The translations under genes were made by a program, and so were the position numbers. A stretch of DNA of 64,000 nt from Thermodesulfobacteriota bacterium (GTDB lineage: Bacteria > Desulfobacterota_D > UBA1144 > Nemesobacterales > UBA2774): positions 6,897 through 70,896 of the forward strand of contig DAOKYU010000008.1 of NCBI GenBank assembly GCA_035325995.1. Reading direction: 5' to 3'. The notes under the pieces were generated by a model. It did no database searches. It saw only the letters and a list, made by a program, of their open reading frames with translations, and had not been told where the DNA came from. Below are positions 47,597 to 57,311 of the stretch, one piece after another. Positions within the stretch are counted from its first letter, which is position 1. The number at the start of each line of letters is the position of its first letter.

Positions 47597-47959
47597 TTGA
47601 AGCGTCTTAAAATAAAGTTTTTCGACATCGAGTATTTCATTAAAACAGATGCCGAAGAGAGTTACGTTCAGGAGATAGCTTCTTATCTCGAACAGAAGAT
47701 AAAGGAAATCTCCGGCCAGGAGGGCGGCGCCGCCGTGCCCAGGCCGGTTTTGCTTGCCATGCTGAAGATTACAGACGATTACTTCAAGCTACTGAAGGAC
47801 TTCAAGGAATTTAAAGAAAGTGCAGAAGAGAGATCTAACAGATTGGTCAAAATATTGGATAACTCCCTCAACGATAAAGAAACATTCGGTTTGGACGAAG
47901 GCGTTCTTAGAGAAGGGCTCGGAAGAGAAGAGCTGGAAGACTCGTATAAATACAGATGA
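47597..47959 (+). CDS. zapA: cell division protein ZapA
   Basis: KIKFFDIEYFIKTD..SYVQEIASYLEQKIKEI...RPVLLAMLKITDDYFKL is the ZapA fold pattern. 120 aa. Confidence 0.7.
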   Translation: MKRLKIKFFDIEYFIKTDAEESYVQEIASYLEQKIKEISGQEGGAAVPRPVLLAMLKITDDYFKLLKDFKEFKESAEERSNRLVKILDNSLNDKETFGLDEGVLREGLGREELEDSYKYR

Positions 47960-48578
47960 TTTTGAAAAGGCTGAAGAGCTCCATTCCGTTCCCGAGGCAG
48001 GGGGTTTAAATCTTTCCAGAGAGAAAGATTCCGTCCGCTCTTTTGTTCTGGATCTGAGGATAAACAGCCGCCGTGAAGACCTCGCGCTCAAAAGCGGGTC
48101 CATATTCCGGAGGCTCGCCGCACTCGAATGCTACAGGGCAGCGGCCCGCGTAGCCCTTTATTTTCCAGTCAGAAACGAAGTCGATACATCCGCAATTTTC
48201 AGCGACGTAATCGCCTCCGGCAAGGAGGCTTATTTCCCCGTAGCCCGGCAAGGTAATCTCGTATTCCGGAGGGTGAGCGATTTGTCCGGGCTCTCCCCCG
48301 GCGCTTACGGTATTCCCGAGCCGCCGGCCTCGGCCCCGGCGGCCGACGTCTCGGGGCTCGACCTCGTCCTCGTTCCCGGCGTGGCTTTCGACGTTTCGGG
48401 AAACAGAATCGGCTACGGGAAGGGATATTACGACCGCGCGTTGTCCTCGGTCCCGCGCGGAAAGAGAATTGCCCTCGCGTACGGCTTTCAGGTGCTGAAA
48501 TCCGTACCCCTGGGGGAGCATGACCTTGGCTGCGGTATGGTAATAACGGAGTCGGGGGTGTTTATTGCAAGAGAATAA
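47820..48578 (+). CDS. 5-formyltetrahydrofolate cyclo-ligase (start uncertain)
   Basis: The C-terminal about 190 aa (from about 48010) are clearly 5-FCL (VALYFPVRNEVD...GYGKGYYDR...). The only in-frame ATG/GTG/TTG upstream of the conserved N-terminus is at 47820, which overlaps zapA by 140 nt. Confidence 0.7.
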   Translation: MQKRDLTDWSKYWITPSTIKKHSVWTKAFLEKGSEEKSWKTRINTDDFEKAEELHSVPEAGGLNLSREKDSVRSFVLDLRINSRREDLALKSGSIFRRLAALECYRAAARVALYFPVRNEVDTSAIFSDVIASGKEAYFPVARQGNLVFRRVSDLSGLSPGAYGIPEPPASAPAADVSGLDLVLVPGVAFDVSGNRIGYGKGYYDRALSSVPRGKRIALAYGFQVLKSVPLGEHDLGCGMVITESGVFIARE

Positions 48579-48593
48579 CAGGAGGTAGCCAAA

Positions 48594-50156
48594 ATGTCTG
48601 CATGGATAATAGCGGCCGTGTTCGCGGCCGTGGCTTTCGTGCTGGGTTTTTTGCTTCATCACCTTTACAGACAAATGGAACTTAAAAAGAAAATTGGTCT
48701 AAAAAAGGACGAAGCCGAAATCATCATCGAAAATGCCAGAAAGGAAGCGGAAAAGGTAAGGATTCAGGGTGAATTAAAAGCAAAGGAGATAGTAGAAAAG
48801 AAGACGTCGGAAATAGAGTTCGAGGTAAGGGAGAAACAAAAAGAGCTGTTCAAGGCCGAAAAAAGGATCCAGAAGCGTGAAGAGGTACTCGACAAGAAGT
48901 ACGAAGCGGTAGAAAAAAGGGAATCCGAAACGGCACGAAAAGAACGTGACCTAATCTCCAGGGATGAGGCCCTTTCCGACAAGCAGAAGGAGCTCGATTC
49001 CGTAATAGACGAAGCAAGGAAGAAAATAGAAGACATAGCCGGCATGACGCAGGAGGCCGCGAAGAACGAGCTCGTAAACATCATAGAAGACGAGGCACGC
49101 CACGAGGCCGCCAGGAAATTAAAACAGATAGAAGAGCAGCTCAACGAGGACGCCGAGCGCAGGGCCAAGGACATAATCGCCCTCGCCATACAGAAATACT
49201 CCGGCGAGTACACGAGCGAAAAGACCATCTCCGTCGTAAACCTCCCGAACGACGACATGAAGGGGAGGATTATAGGCCGCGAGGGCAGGAACATAAGGTC
49301 GATAGAGGCGAGAACCGGGGTAGACATTATAATCGACGATACCCCCGAAACGGTGGTCGTCTCGTCGCTTAACCCCATAAGGCGGGAAATAGCGAGGATA
49401 TCCCTCGAAAAGCTCATCAACGACGGCAGGATACACCCGGCCCGCATAGAAGAGATAGTCTCCGACGTCGAAAAGGAAGTCGAGCGCGAGATCCAGAAGG
49501 CCGGCGAGGCGGCGCTCTTCGACCTCGGCATCCCGTCGATGCATCCCGAGCTCGTAAAGCTCGTCGGAAGGCTCAAGTACAGGACGAGCTACTCCCAGAA
49601 CATACTTAACCACTCCATAGAGGTCGCGTTCATTTGCGGCATACTCGCCGCCGAGATCGGGTACGACGTAAAGCTCGCCAAGAGGGGAGGGCTCCTTCAC
49701 GACATCGGCAAGGCCGTAGACCACGAGATCGAGGGCTCCCACGTCGACATCGGCGAGGACCTCGTCCGGAAATACGGCGAGCCCAAGGAGATAATAGAGG
49801 CCGTCGCCATGGCGCACGACCCTCACCCGCAGCTCCTCCTCGCCATTCTCGTCCAGGCGGCGGACGCCATCTCGGCCGCCCGTCCCGGCGCGAGGAGGGA
49901 GACGTACGAAGCCTACGTCAAGCGTATCAACGACATCGAGAGCATCGCGGGCTCGTTCCGCGGCGTCGAGAAGTGCTACGCCATACAGGCGGGCCGCGAG
50001 GTCAGGGTGATAGTCGAAAGCTCCAAGGTCAACGACGAAGAGGGCGCGCTCCTCTCGCACGAGATAGCGAAGAAGATAGAGCGCGAGGTCGCCTACCCGG
50101 GCCAGATAAAGATAACGGTAATAAGGGAAGTGAGGTCCACGGCCTTCGCGAGCTAA
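48594..50156 (+). CDS. rny: ribonuclease Y
   Basis: N-terminal TM anchor, coiled coil, KH domain (GRIIGREGRNIRSIE) and HD domain (HDIGKAVDHE...). Confidence 0.93.
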   Translation: MSAWIIAAVFAAVAFVLGFLLHHLYRQMELKKKIGLKKDEAEIIIENARKEAEKVRIQGELKAKEIVEKKTSEIEFEVREKQKELFKAEKRIQKREEVLDKKYEAVEKRESETARKERDLISRDEALSDKQKELDSVIDEARKKIEDIAGMTQEAAKNELVNIIEDEARHEAARKLKQIEEQLNEDAERRAKDIIALAIQKYSGEYTSEKTISVVNLPNDDMKGRIIGREGRNIRSIEARTGVDIIIDDTPETVVVSSLNPIRREIARISLEKLINDGRIHPARIEEIVSDVEKEVEREIQKAGEAALFDLGIPSMHPELVKLVGRLKYRTSYSQNILNHSIEVAFICGILAAEIGYDVKLAKRGGLLHDIGKAVDHEIEGSHVDIGEDLVRKYGEPKEIIEAVAMAHDPHPQLLLAILVQAADAISAARPGARRETYEAYVKRINDIESIAGSFRGVEKCYAIQAGREVRVIVESSKVNDEEGALLSHEIAKKIEREVAYPGQIKITVIREVRSTAFAS

Positions 50157-50221
50157 ATATAAGGCCGTCCGTAAATACCGGAAAAACGCCCGCGGCAGTC
50201 ACCAGCCCGGCCCTAAAATAC

Positions 50222-50262
50222 AAAACCCGCCGGTCTCTCATCAGAGGCCGGCGGGTTTTTTT
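50222..50262. terminator. bidirectional intrinsic terminator between rny (+) and ppdK (-)
   Basis: 12-bp stem CCCGCCGGTCTC-TCATCA-GAGGCCGGCGGG (one G-U pair), flanked by AAAA upstream and a TTTTTTT run downstream. Confidence 0.8.
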
Positions 50263-50287
50263 GTTGTCTGTTTTTTATTCGTTCGGG

Positions 50288-53017
50288 TTATACCGCTTTC
50301 TTGCCGAGCGCGCCCTTGGCCGCCGCGAGCCTCGCTATCGGCACCCTGAAAGGCGAGCAGCTCACGTAATCGACGCCGACGGCGTTCGAATACTCTATGG
50401 ACTGCGGGTCGCCTCCGTGCTCGCCGCATATTCCGACTTTAAGCCCCGGCCTTACGCTCCTTCCCTTCTGTATGGCGAGCTTCATGAGCTCTACGACGCC
50501 CATGTCGAGCGTCAGGAACGGGTCCTTCTCCATTATCGTGACTTCCTTTCCGTTGAGCGCGACCTTGTTGTTCATGTAGGTCTTTATTATCTTCCCCGAG
50601 TCGTCCCTCGAAAGCCCGAACAGCATCTGCGTAAGGTCGTTCGTCCCGAAGGAGAAGAACTCGGCCTCGGTCGCTATCTGGTCTGCGGTAACGGCGGCGC
50701 GCGGCACCTCTATCATGGTGCCTATCTTGTACTGGATTTTCTTCTTCGAGCCGGCGAGGACTTCCTTCGCCACCTCTTCTATAACGTCCTTCTGTGACTT
50801 CATCTCGGTAACCATCGACACGAGCGGCACCATTATCTCCGGCAGCACCTTTTCGCCCTCCTCGGCCACCTCTCTCGCGGCCTCCAGAATAGCCCTCGCC
50901 TGCATCCTCGTGATGTCCGGGATCAGTATTCCGAGCCTGCATCCCCTGAGCCCGAGCATGGGGTTGAATTCGTGTAGCTCCTCCACCCTTTCCAGGAGGA
51001 GTCTTTTCTTTTCGAGAAGATGGGACGATCCCTTCTTACGCTCCAGCTCTTTTATTTCGAGCTTGAGCTCGTCACGCTTTGGAAGGAACTCGTGGAGCGG
51101 CGGATCGAGGAGCCTTATTGTAACCGGGTACCCCTTCATGTTCCTGAAGAGCTCCTTGAAGTCCTTCTTCTGCATCGGGAGGAGCTTCGCAAGGTACTTG
51201 GCCCTCTCCTCGGGCGTCTGCGAGAGGATCATGTCCTGCATTATGCCTATCCTGTCCTTGGCGAAGAACATGTGCTCCGTCCTGCAGAGCCCTATGCCCT
51301 CGGCCCCGAACCTGTAGGCTATCTTCGTATCCTCCGGGGTGTCGGCGTTCGTCCTTACGCCGATGGTCCTTGTCTTGTCGGCCCATCCGAGTATCGTCGA
51401 GAATATCCGGTAATTCTCCGATTCCTCGGGCCTGAGCTTGTCCTCCACCACCTGTATTATGTCCGACGGTATCACGGGGACGTGGCCCGAATACACCTTG
51501 CCCACGAACCCGTCGAGGGATATGTAATCCCCCTCCTTCACCTTATACTCGCCCGAGTGGAAACACTTCTTCTTCTCGTCGATTATTATGTCCTCTGCCC
51601 CGACGATACATACCTTCCCCATCTGCCTTCCGACGACGGCCGCGTGGCTCGTCCTTCCGCCCCTGGCGGTGAGGACTCCCTCGGACGCCGCCATTCCCTT
51701 TATGTCGTCGGCGCTCGTCTCTTTCCTGACGAGTATCACCTTAAACCCCTCTCCCCTCATCTTTACCGCTGTGTCGGCGTCGAGCGCCACCTTTCCGGAT
51801 ACCGCTCCGGGCGATGCCGCGAGCCCGCTCGCGATCTCGCTCTGCTTCTCCCTGGCGACAGGGTCGAATATCGGGAAGAGGAACTGCTCCAAATGCTCGG
51901 GCTCTATCCTCGTCAAGGCCTCTTCCTTTGTAATGAGCTTTTCCTTTACCATGTCGTATGCAATTCGGAGGGCGGCGAGGCCGGTCCTCTTTCCGTTACG
52001 CGTCTGGAGGAAATAAAGCTTTCCCTTCTCTATGGTGAACTCGAAGTCCTGCATGTCCTTGAAATGATTTTCGAGTATCTTCGCGATCTTCACCAGCTCC
52101 TTGTAAACCTTGGGAAGCTCGCGCTCGAGCTCCTCTATGTGCTTGGGCGTCCTTATTCCGGCGACGAGGTCCTCGCCCTGTGCGTTCATGAGGCACTCGG
52201 CGTAAAGGCTCTTCTCGCCGGTGGCGGGGTCCCTAGTAAAGCCGACCCCCGTTCCCGAATCGTCGCTCATGTTGCCGAACACCATCGCCTGCACGTTCGC
52301 GGCCGTGCCTATGTCGTCCGGTATGCCGTACTGCTTCCTGTAAAAGATCGCCCTCTGGTTGTTCCACGAGAGGAACACGGCGTTTATCGCCATGTAGAGC
52401 TGGTCCAGGGGGCTCTGGGGGAAGTCCTTTTTCGTCTTCGACTTCACGAGCTGCTTCGATTTCTTTATCACTTCCTTTACGACTTCAGGGGTGAGCCTGG
52501 TGTCGTCCTTTATGCCCGCCTTCCTTTTCACCTCGTCGAATATGTGCTCGAACTCCTCCTTGTCTATTCCCAGGACGACGTCCGAGAACATCTGGACGAG
52601 CCTTCTATAGGCGTCCCACACGAACAGCGGGTTATCGGTCTTCCGCGAAAGCCTTTCGGCCGTCTCGTCGTTGAGCCCGAGGTTAAGTATCGTATCCATC
52701 ATTCCCGGCATGGAGAACTTCGCCCCCGAGCGGACCGAAACGAGAAGAGGGTTGTCCGGGTCGCCGAACTTCTTGTCTATCAGCTTTTCGAACTTCCCGA
52801 GGTTCTGCTCTATCTCCTTTACGATCCCCGCCGGCAGCTTCCCGCCGTTATCGTAGAATTCCTTGCACGCTTCGGTGCTTATCGTGAATCCCGGAGGCAC
52901 GGGTATGCCTATCCTGGTCATCTCGGCCAGGCCGGCGCCCTTGCCGCCGAGGAGGTCCTTCATATCCCCCTTTCCTTCAGCCTTTCCGTTTCCGAATAGA
53001 TATACGAATTTCTTCAT
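50288..53017 (-). CDS. ppdK: pyruvate, phosphate dikinase
   Basis: 909 aa. MKKFVYLFGNGKAEGKGDMKDLLGGKGAGLAEMTRIGIPVPPGFTIST is the canonical PPDK N-terminus, with the phosphohistidine domain (GGRTSHAAV). Confidence 0.95.
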   Translation of the reverse strand: MKKFVYLFGNGKAEGKGDMKDLLGGKGAGLAEMTRIGIPVPPGFTISTEACKEFYDNGGKLPAGIVKEIEQNLGKFEKLIDKKFGDPDNPLLVSVRSGAKFSMPGMMDTILNLGLNDETAERLSRKTDNPLFVWDAYRRLVQMFSDVVLGIDKEEFEHIFDEVKRKAGIKDDTRLTPEVVKEVIKKSKQLVKSKTKKDFPQSPLDQLYMAINAVFLSWNNQRAIFYRKQYGIPDDIGTAANVQAMVFGNMSDDSGTGVGFTRDPATGEKSLYAECLMNAQGEDLVAGIRTPKHIEELERELPKVYKELVKIAKILENHFKDMQDFEFTIEKGKLYFLQTRNGKRTGLAALRIAYDMVKEKLITKEEALTRIEPEHLEQFLFPIFDPVAREKQSEIASGLAASPGAVSGKVALDADTAVKMRGEGFKVILVRKETSADDIKGMAASEGVLTARGGRTSHAAVVGRQMGKVCIVGAEDIIIDEKKKCFHSGEYKVKEGDYISLDGFVGKVYSGHVPVIPSDIIQVVEDKLRPEESENYRIFSTILGWADKTRTIGVRTNADTPEDTKIAYRFGAEGIGLCRTEHMFFAKDRIGIMQDMILSQTPEERAKYLAKLLPMQKKDFKELFRNMKGYPVTIRLLDPPLHEFLPKRDELKLEIKELERKKGSSHLLEKKRLLLERVEELHEFNPMLGLRGCRLGILIPDITRMQARAILEAAREVAEEGEKVLPEIMVPLVSMVTEMKSQKDVIEEVAKEVLAGSKKKIQYKIGTMIEVPRAAVTADQIATEAEFFSFGTNDLTQMLFGLSRDDSGKIIKTYMNNKVALNGKEVTIMEKDPFLTLDMGVVELMKLAIQKGRSVRPGLKVGICGEHGGDPQSIEYSNAVGVDYVSCSPFRVPIARLAAAKGALGKKAV

Positions 53018-53080
53018 TGCCGCTTCCTTCTGGTATAGAGTTTGATTTTAAGCCCTGTGGTTAATCCATAGTTTTCTCTT

Positions 53081-55168
53081 TTACGTGCTCAGCTTCGAGA
53101 AATCGGCTATCGTGAAAAAGAGCTCCCTGATTTCCCCGAGCATCGAAAGCCTGTTCCGTTTCAAATCCTCGTTCTTGTCCATGACCATCACGTTGTCGAA
53201 GAACCTGTCGACGGGCTCCTTGAGGTTCTTCATAACGGCCAGTGCGCCTTTATAATCCCTTTCGGCTATCCTTTCCCCGGCCCCGCTCCGCGCGGACTCG
53301 AAAGAAGTAAAGAGCTCCCTTTCGACGGGCTCCGCGAAAAGCGCTTCGCTCACTTCGCCCGCGGGTTGCCCCTTTACGATATTCACGACGCGCTTGAATG
53401 CAATACCGAGCGATTCGAAATCCGGGGCGCTCCTGAATTCCGCGAGCGCCTCTATCTTTCTCCTGGTCTCGACCATGTCGCCGAACCCCGCGCTTATAAC
53501 TGCATCAACGACGTCCTGCGGAAAGCCGTCCGCGATCATGAGGTTCCGGAACCTCTCCCTCACGAAATCCATTATCCCGCCGAGGGTCTCGTCCCCCTTC
53601 CCGCCGAACTTCCCTCCTGCGCGGTCCTCTATCGCCCTTATCCCGGCCCTGAAAAGGGCCTCCGGGTCGAGGGCGAATCCTTTTTCGAGAACTATATTTA
53701 TTATTCCTATCGCCTGCCGCCTGAGCGCGTAGGGGTCCGAAGCCCCCGTCGGCACTAGGCCGGCAATGAAGCACGCCGATATCGTGTCGGCCTTGTCGGC
53801 GATGCTGAGTATCGATCCCGTAATCGTCTCCGGGAGGTCCCCTGCGCGCGAGGTCGGCATGTACTGCTCTTCTATCGCCCTCGCTACTTCCTCTTTTTCG
53901 CCGGCGAGCCTCGCGTAGTATTTCCCCATGATGCCCTGGAGCTCCGGGAACTCGAAGACCATCTGCGTCGCGAGGTCGGCCTTCGACAGCTCGGCCGCGC
54001 GCACTGCATCGGCGGCCGCCTCTTCGTGCCCGATCGATTCCGCTATCGCTCCGGCGAGCTCTTTCAGCCTTTCGGTCTTGTCGTAATAGCTTCCGATCTC
54101 CGAGAGGAAAACCATTCCCTTGAGCTTTTCGAGGCATGATTCGAGCCCCGTGTTCCTGTCTTCGTCGTAAAAGAACCTCGCGTCGGTGAACCTCGCCCTT
54201 ATGACCCTCTCGTTGCCTTTCGAAACGACGCCGCTGTCTTTAACCCTGGTTCCCGAAACGAATATAAAATGCGGAAGGAGCTTCTCCGGCTCCGCCTTTG
54301 AGAATACCGCGAAATATTTTTGGTGGTTCTTCATAACGCTTATGAGAACCTCTTTCGGGAGCTCGAGGAAATCCTTCTCGAAATCCCCCTTCAGAACGAC
54401 GGGATACTCTACGAGATAATTCACCGTTTCTAAGAGCTCCGGGTCGTCCTCGACTGTCCCGCCTATAGACTCCGCGAGCCTCCTCACGTCTTCCCTGATT
54501 ATGCCCTTCCTCTTCTCCTGATCTAAAACGACGAACCCCTCTTCGAGCCCGCGGGAATAATCCTCCCACCCTGCTGCCTTAAAGGGCCTCGGGCTTATGA
54601 ACCTGTGCCCGCGGCTTTTATTCCCGCTCTTCACGTCGCCGAGCGCGAACGAAATCGTCTTCCCGCCGCAAACGGCCAGGATCCACCTTATCGGCCTTGC
54701 GAAGGTTACGTCCCCGTCTCCCCACTTCATCGATTTTCTAAAAGGTATTGATGTGATTATTTCAGGTAACAGCTGTTTGAGTATTGCGTCGGTTTTTTGT
54801 CCCTTGACCTGCCTTATCACCGCCAGAAGCTCGCCTTTGTCCCTTCTCACTCGGACGAGGTCGCCCACGTCCACGCCCTGTGATTTCGCGAACCCGAGTG
54901 TCGCCTTCGTCGGGTTCCCCTCCGCGTCGAAAGCTATCCTCACGGGCGGCCCGTAGGACTCGACGGCCCTGTCCTCCTGCTTTTCGGTGAGCCCCGTCAC
55001 TCTTAAGACGAGCCTCCTCGGCGTGCCGAAGGCCTCGGCGGCCTCGAACGGAACGGCGCTTTCCCCGAGCTTCCTCGCCGCTATGGAAGCCAGGCTCTCT
55101 ATCGCGTCGTTCATGAATCCCGCAGGAATTTCTTCTGTCCCTATCTCCAGTATCAGCTCTTTGCCCAT
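53081..55168 (-). CDS. glyS: glycine--tRNA ligase beta subunit
   Basis: [18 protein letters not shown] is the GlyS N-terminus. I prefer the start at 55168, overlapping glyQ by 16 nt; the alternative is 55231. Confidence 0.9.
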   Translation of the reverse strand: MGKELILEIGTEEIPAGFMNDAIESLASIAARKLGESAVPFEAAEAFGTPRRLVLRVTGLTEKQEDRAVESYGPPVRIAFDAEGNPTKATLGFAKSQGVDVGDLVRVRRDKGELLAVIRQVKGQKTDAILKQLLPEIITSIPFRKSMKWGDGDVTFARPIRWILAVCGGKTISFALGDVKSGNKSRGHRFISPRPFKAAGWEDYSRGLEEGFVVLDQEKRKGIIREDVRRLAESIGGTVEDDPELLETVNYLVEYPVVLKGDFEKDFLELPKEVLISVMKNHQKYFAVFSKAEPEKLLPHFIFVSGTRVKDSGVVSKGNERVIRARFTDARFFYDEDRNTGLESCLEKLKGMVFLSEIGSYYDKTERLKELAGAIAESIGHEEAAADAVRAAELSKADLATQMVFEFPELQGIMGKYYARLAGEKEEVARAIEEQYMPTSRAGDLPETITGSILSIADKADTISACFIAGLVPTGASDPYALRRQAIGIINIVLEKGFALDPEALFRAGIRAIEDRAGGKFGGKGDETLGGIMDFVRERFRNLMIADGFPQDVVDAVISAGFGDMVETRRKIEALAEFRSAPDFESLGIAFKRVVNIVKGQPAGEVSEALFAEPVERELFTSFESARSGAGERIAERDYKGALAVMKNLKEPVDRFFDNVMVMDKNEDLKRNRLSMLGEIRELFFTIADFSKLST

Positions 55169-56040
55169 GGATCTTTTAAAGCCAGGGGATATCCCATCGC
55201 CTCCCTTTGTCTCAGGTATCCCTCGGCGCACATCTTCGCGAGTGCCCTCACCTTTCCTATGTACGATGCCCTCTCGGCGACGCCTATAGCGCCCCGGGCG
55301 TCCAGCAGATTAAACGTATGCGAGCATTTAAGACAGTAGTCGTACGCAGGAAGGGGCAGCTCCTTTTGCGCCAGCTTCCTCGACTCGGCTTCGAATTTAT
55401 CGAAAAGGTCCCGGAGCATCCCCGGGTCCGATTCCTGAAAGTTATACGTCGAAAATTCGTACTCGTCCCTGTGGTGTATCTCGCCGTATGTAACCCCTTT
55501 CGTCCATTCGAGGTCGTACACGCTCTCGACCCCCTGGAGGTACATGGCGATCCTCTCCGTCCCGTACGTAAGCTCGGCGGAAACGGGCTTTAAGTCTATG
55601 CCCCCCGCCTGCTGAAAGTACGTGAACTGCGTTATCTCCATGCCGTCGAGCCACACTTCCCACCCGAGCCCCCACGCTCCCAGCGTCGGCGACTCCCAGT
55701 CGTCCTCGACGAACCTTATGTCGTGCGCGAGCGGGTCTATCCCCAGGTGCCGGAGGCTGTCGAGGTAGAGCTCCTGGACGTTATCGGGCGACGGCTTTAT
55801 TATCACCTGGAACTGGTAGTAGTGCTGAAGCCTGTTCGGGTTCTCCCCGTACCGCCCGTCCGTCGGGCGCCTCGATGGCTCCACGTAAGCCACGTACCAC
55901 GGCTCAGGGCCGAGACACCGGAGGAACGTCGCGGGGTGAAAGGTCCCCGCTCCCTTCTCCGTGTCGTAGGGCTGCACTATGATGCACCCTTTTTTCGCCC
56001 AGTAGCTCTGGAGTGAAAGTATCAGTTCCTGAAAAGTCAT
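55153..56040 (-). CDS. glyQ: glycine--tRNA ligase alpha subunit
   Basis: [26 protein letters not shown]...[14 protein letters not shown] is the GlyQ signature. Confidence 0.95.
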   Translation of the reverse strand: MTFQELILSLQSYWAKKGCIIVQPYDTEKGAGTFHPATFLRCLGPEPWYVAYVEPSRRPTDGRYGENPNRLQHYYQFQVIIKPSPDNVQELYLDSLRHLGIDPLAHDIRFVEDDWESPTLGAWGLGWEVWLDGMEITQFTYFQQAGGIDLKPVSAELTYGTERIAMYLQGVESVYDLEWTKGVTYGEIHHRDEYEFSTYNFQESDPGMLRDLFDKFEAESRKLAQKELPLPAYDYCLKCSHTFNLLDARGAIGVAERASYIGKVRALAKMCAEGYLRQREAMGYPLALKDPWAKS

Positions 56041-56261
56041 CTATAAAACCCTATCGGATAAAATCCTTCCTTCCCGAAAAAATTCGACGGAAAATAATAC
56101 CATTATATAAATTTTTTGGAAATCCATAGCGAAGACAATCTTCATCACCGGCCGGAATGCGGCGTTTTTCATTCCATGAAACCGGGCGGCCGGGCCGTTC
56201 TGATTCTCTCCCCGGTTCCTCGTAGACAAACCCCGCCCCTCAGGTATCTTTCAAACCCGTC

Positions 56262-57302
56262 ATGGCGAAGACGACGTACAAAAGCTCAGGGGTCGATATA
56301 GACGCCGGAAACCTCTTCGTCGAGCTCATAAAACCGCTCGCGAAATCGACTTCCAACAAGAACGTCCTCGGTAAAATAGGGGGTTTCTCGGGCGCTTACG
56401 AGCTGCCCTTGGGCAGGTATAAAAAGCCGGTGCTCATGGCGGCGACAGACGGCGTCGGCACGAAGCTCAAAATAGCCTTCATGACGGGCAGGCTGGACAC
56501 TGTCGGCATAGACCTCGTCGCCATGAACGTGAACGACCTCGTCGCATGCGGCGCCAAGCCTCTATTCTTTCTGGATTACCTCGCAACCTCGAATCTAAAA
56601 CCGAAAGAAGCCGCCGAGATTATAAAAGGCATAGTCGCGGGCTGCAAGGCAGCCGGGTGTGCGCTCCTCGGGGGCGAGACGGCCGAAATGCCCGGGTTCT
56701 ATAAAAACGGCGAGTTCGACCTCGCGGGCTTCGCGGTCGGCGTTATCGACAAGGACGATATTATAGACGGCTCCCGCGTAAAGGCCGGCGACGCCGTGAT
56801 AGGCCTCCCGTCGAGCGGCCTTCACTCGAACGGCTACTCCCTTGCAAGGAAGGTCCTCCTCGAAAGGAAAAAGCACGAGCTCTCCGATACGCCCGGGCCG
56901 CTCTCGCGCACCCTCGGCGAGGAGCTCCTCGAACCCACGCGCATATACGTAAAAACGATTCTCAAGCTGAGGCGGGAATTTCAGATTAACGCCGCCGCGC
57001 ACATCACCGGCGGCGGCCTCCTCGAAAATATCCCCCGCGTGCTTCCCAAAGGGTGCGCCGCCTCGCTCGATTCCTCCAAATGGAAGATGCCCCCCGTTAT
57101 GGACCTCATCGAAAGGGAAGGGCGGATCGAGCGCGAAGAGATGCTCCGTACGTTTAACTGCGGCGTCGGGATGATAATCGTGGTGCCTTCCGAAACTGCG
57201 GCCGCGGTTTTGAAGAAGCTCCGCGGCATGAAGGAAAAGGCCTCGGTCATAGGCGAGATAATAAAGAAACGCCCGCGCGGCGCGGGCGTAATCGTGTCGT
57301 AG
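56262..57302 (+). CDS. purM: phosphoribosylformylglycinamidine cyclo-ligase (AIR synthetase)
   Basis: YKSSGVDIDAGN...GGFSGAYEL...ATDGVGTKL...MNVNDL are the PurM motifs. Confidence 0.93.
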   Translation: MAKTTYKSSGVDIDAGNLFVELIKPLAKSTSNKNVLGKIGGFSGAYELPLGRYKKPVLMAATDGVGTKLKIAFMTGRLDTVGIDLVAMNVNDLVACGAKPLFFLDYLATSNLKPKEAAEIIKGIVAGCKAAGCALLGGETAEMPGFYKNGEFDLAGFAVGVIDKDDIIDGSRVKAGDAVIGLPSSGLHSNGYSLARKVLLERKKHELSDTPGPLSRTLGEELLEPTRIYVKTILKLRREFQINAAAHITGGGLLENIPRVLPKGCAASLDSSKWKMPPVMDLIEREGRIEREEMLRTFNCGVGMIIVVPSETAAAVLKKLRGMKEKASVIGEIIKKRPRGAGVIVS

Positions 57303-57311
57303 TTATCAGCC

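Noticed and set aside
47960-48060. 6S RNA (ssrS) expected between zapA and the 5-FCL gene by synteny with E. coli
   Set aside because: Only about 50 nt separate zapA from the conserved 5-FCL body, and the interval is coding in the 5-FCL frame. A roughly 180-nt 6S RNA cannot fit.
56041-56261. T-box leader upstream of glyQ, or a purine/ZTP riboswitch upstream of purM, in the divergent intergenic region
   Set aside because: No T-box sequence (the reverse complement of AATTAGGGTGGTACCGCG) is present on the glyQ side. No recognisable purine or ZTP core is present. Only a small GGAATG...CATTCC hairpin is seen.
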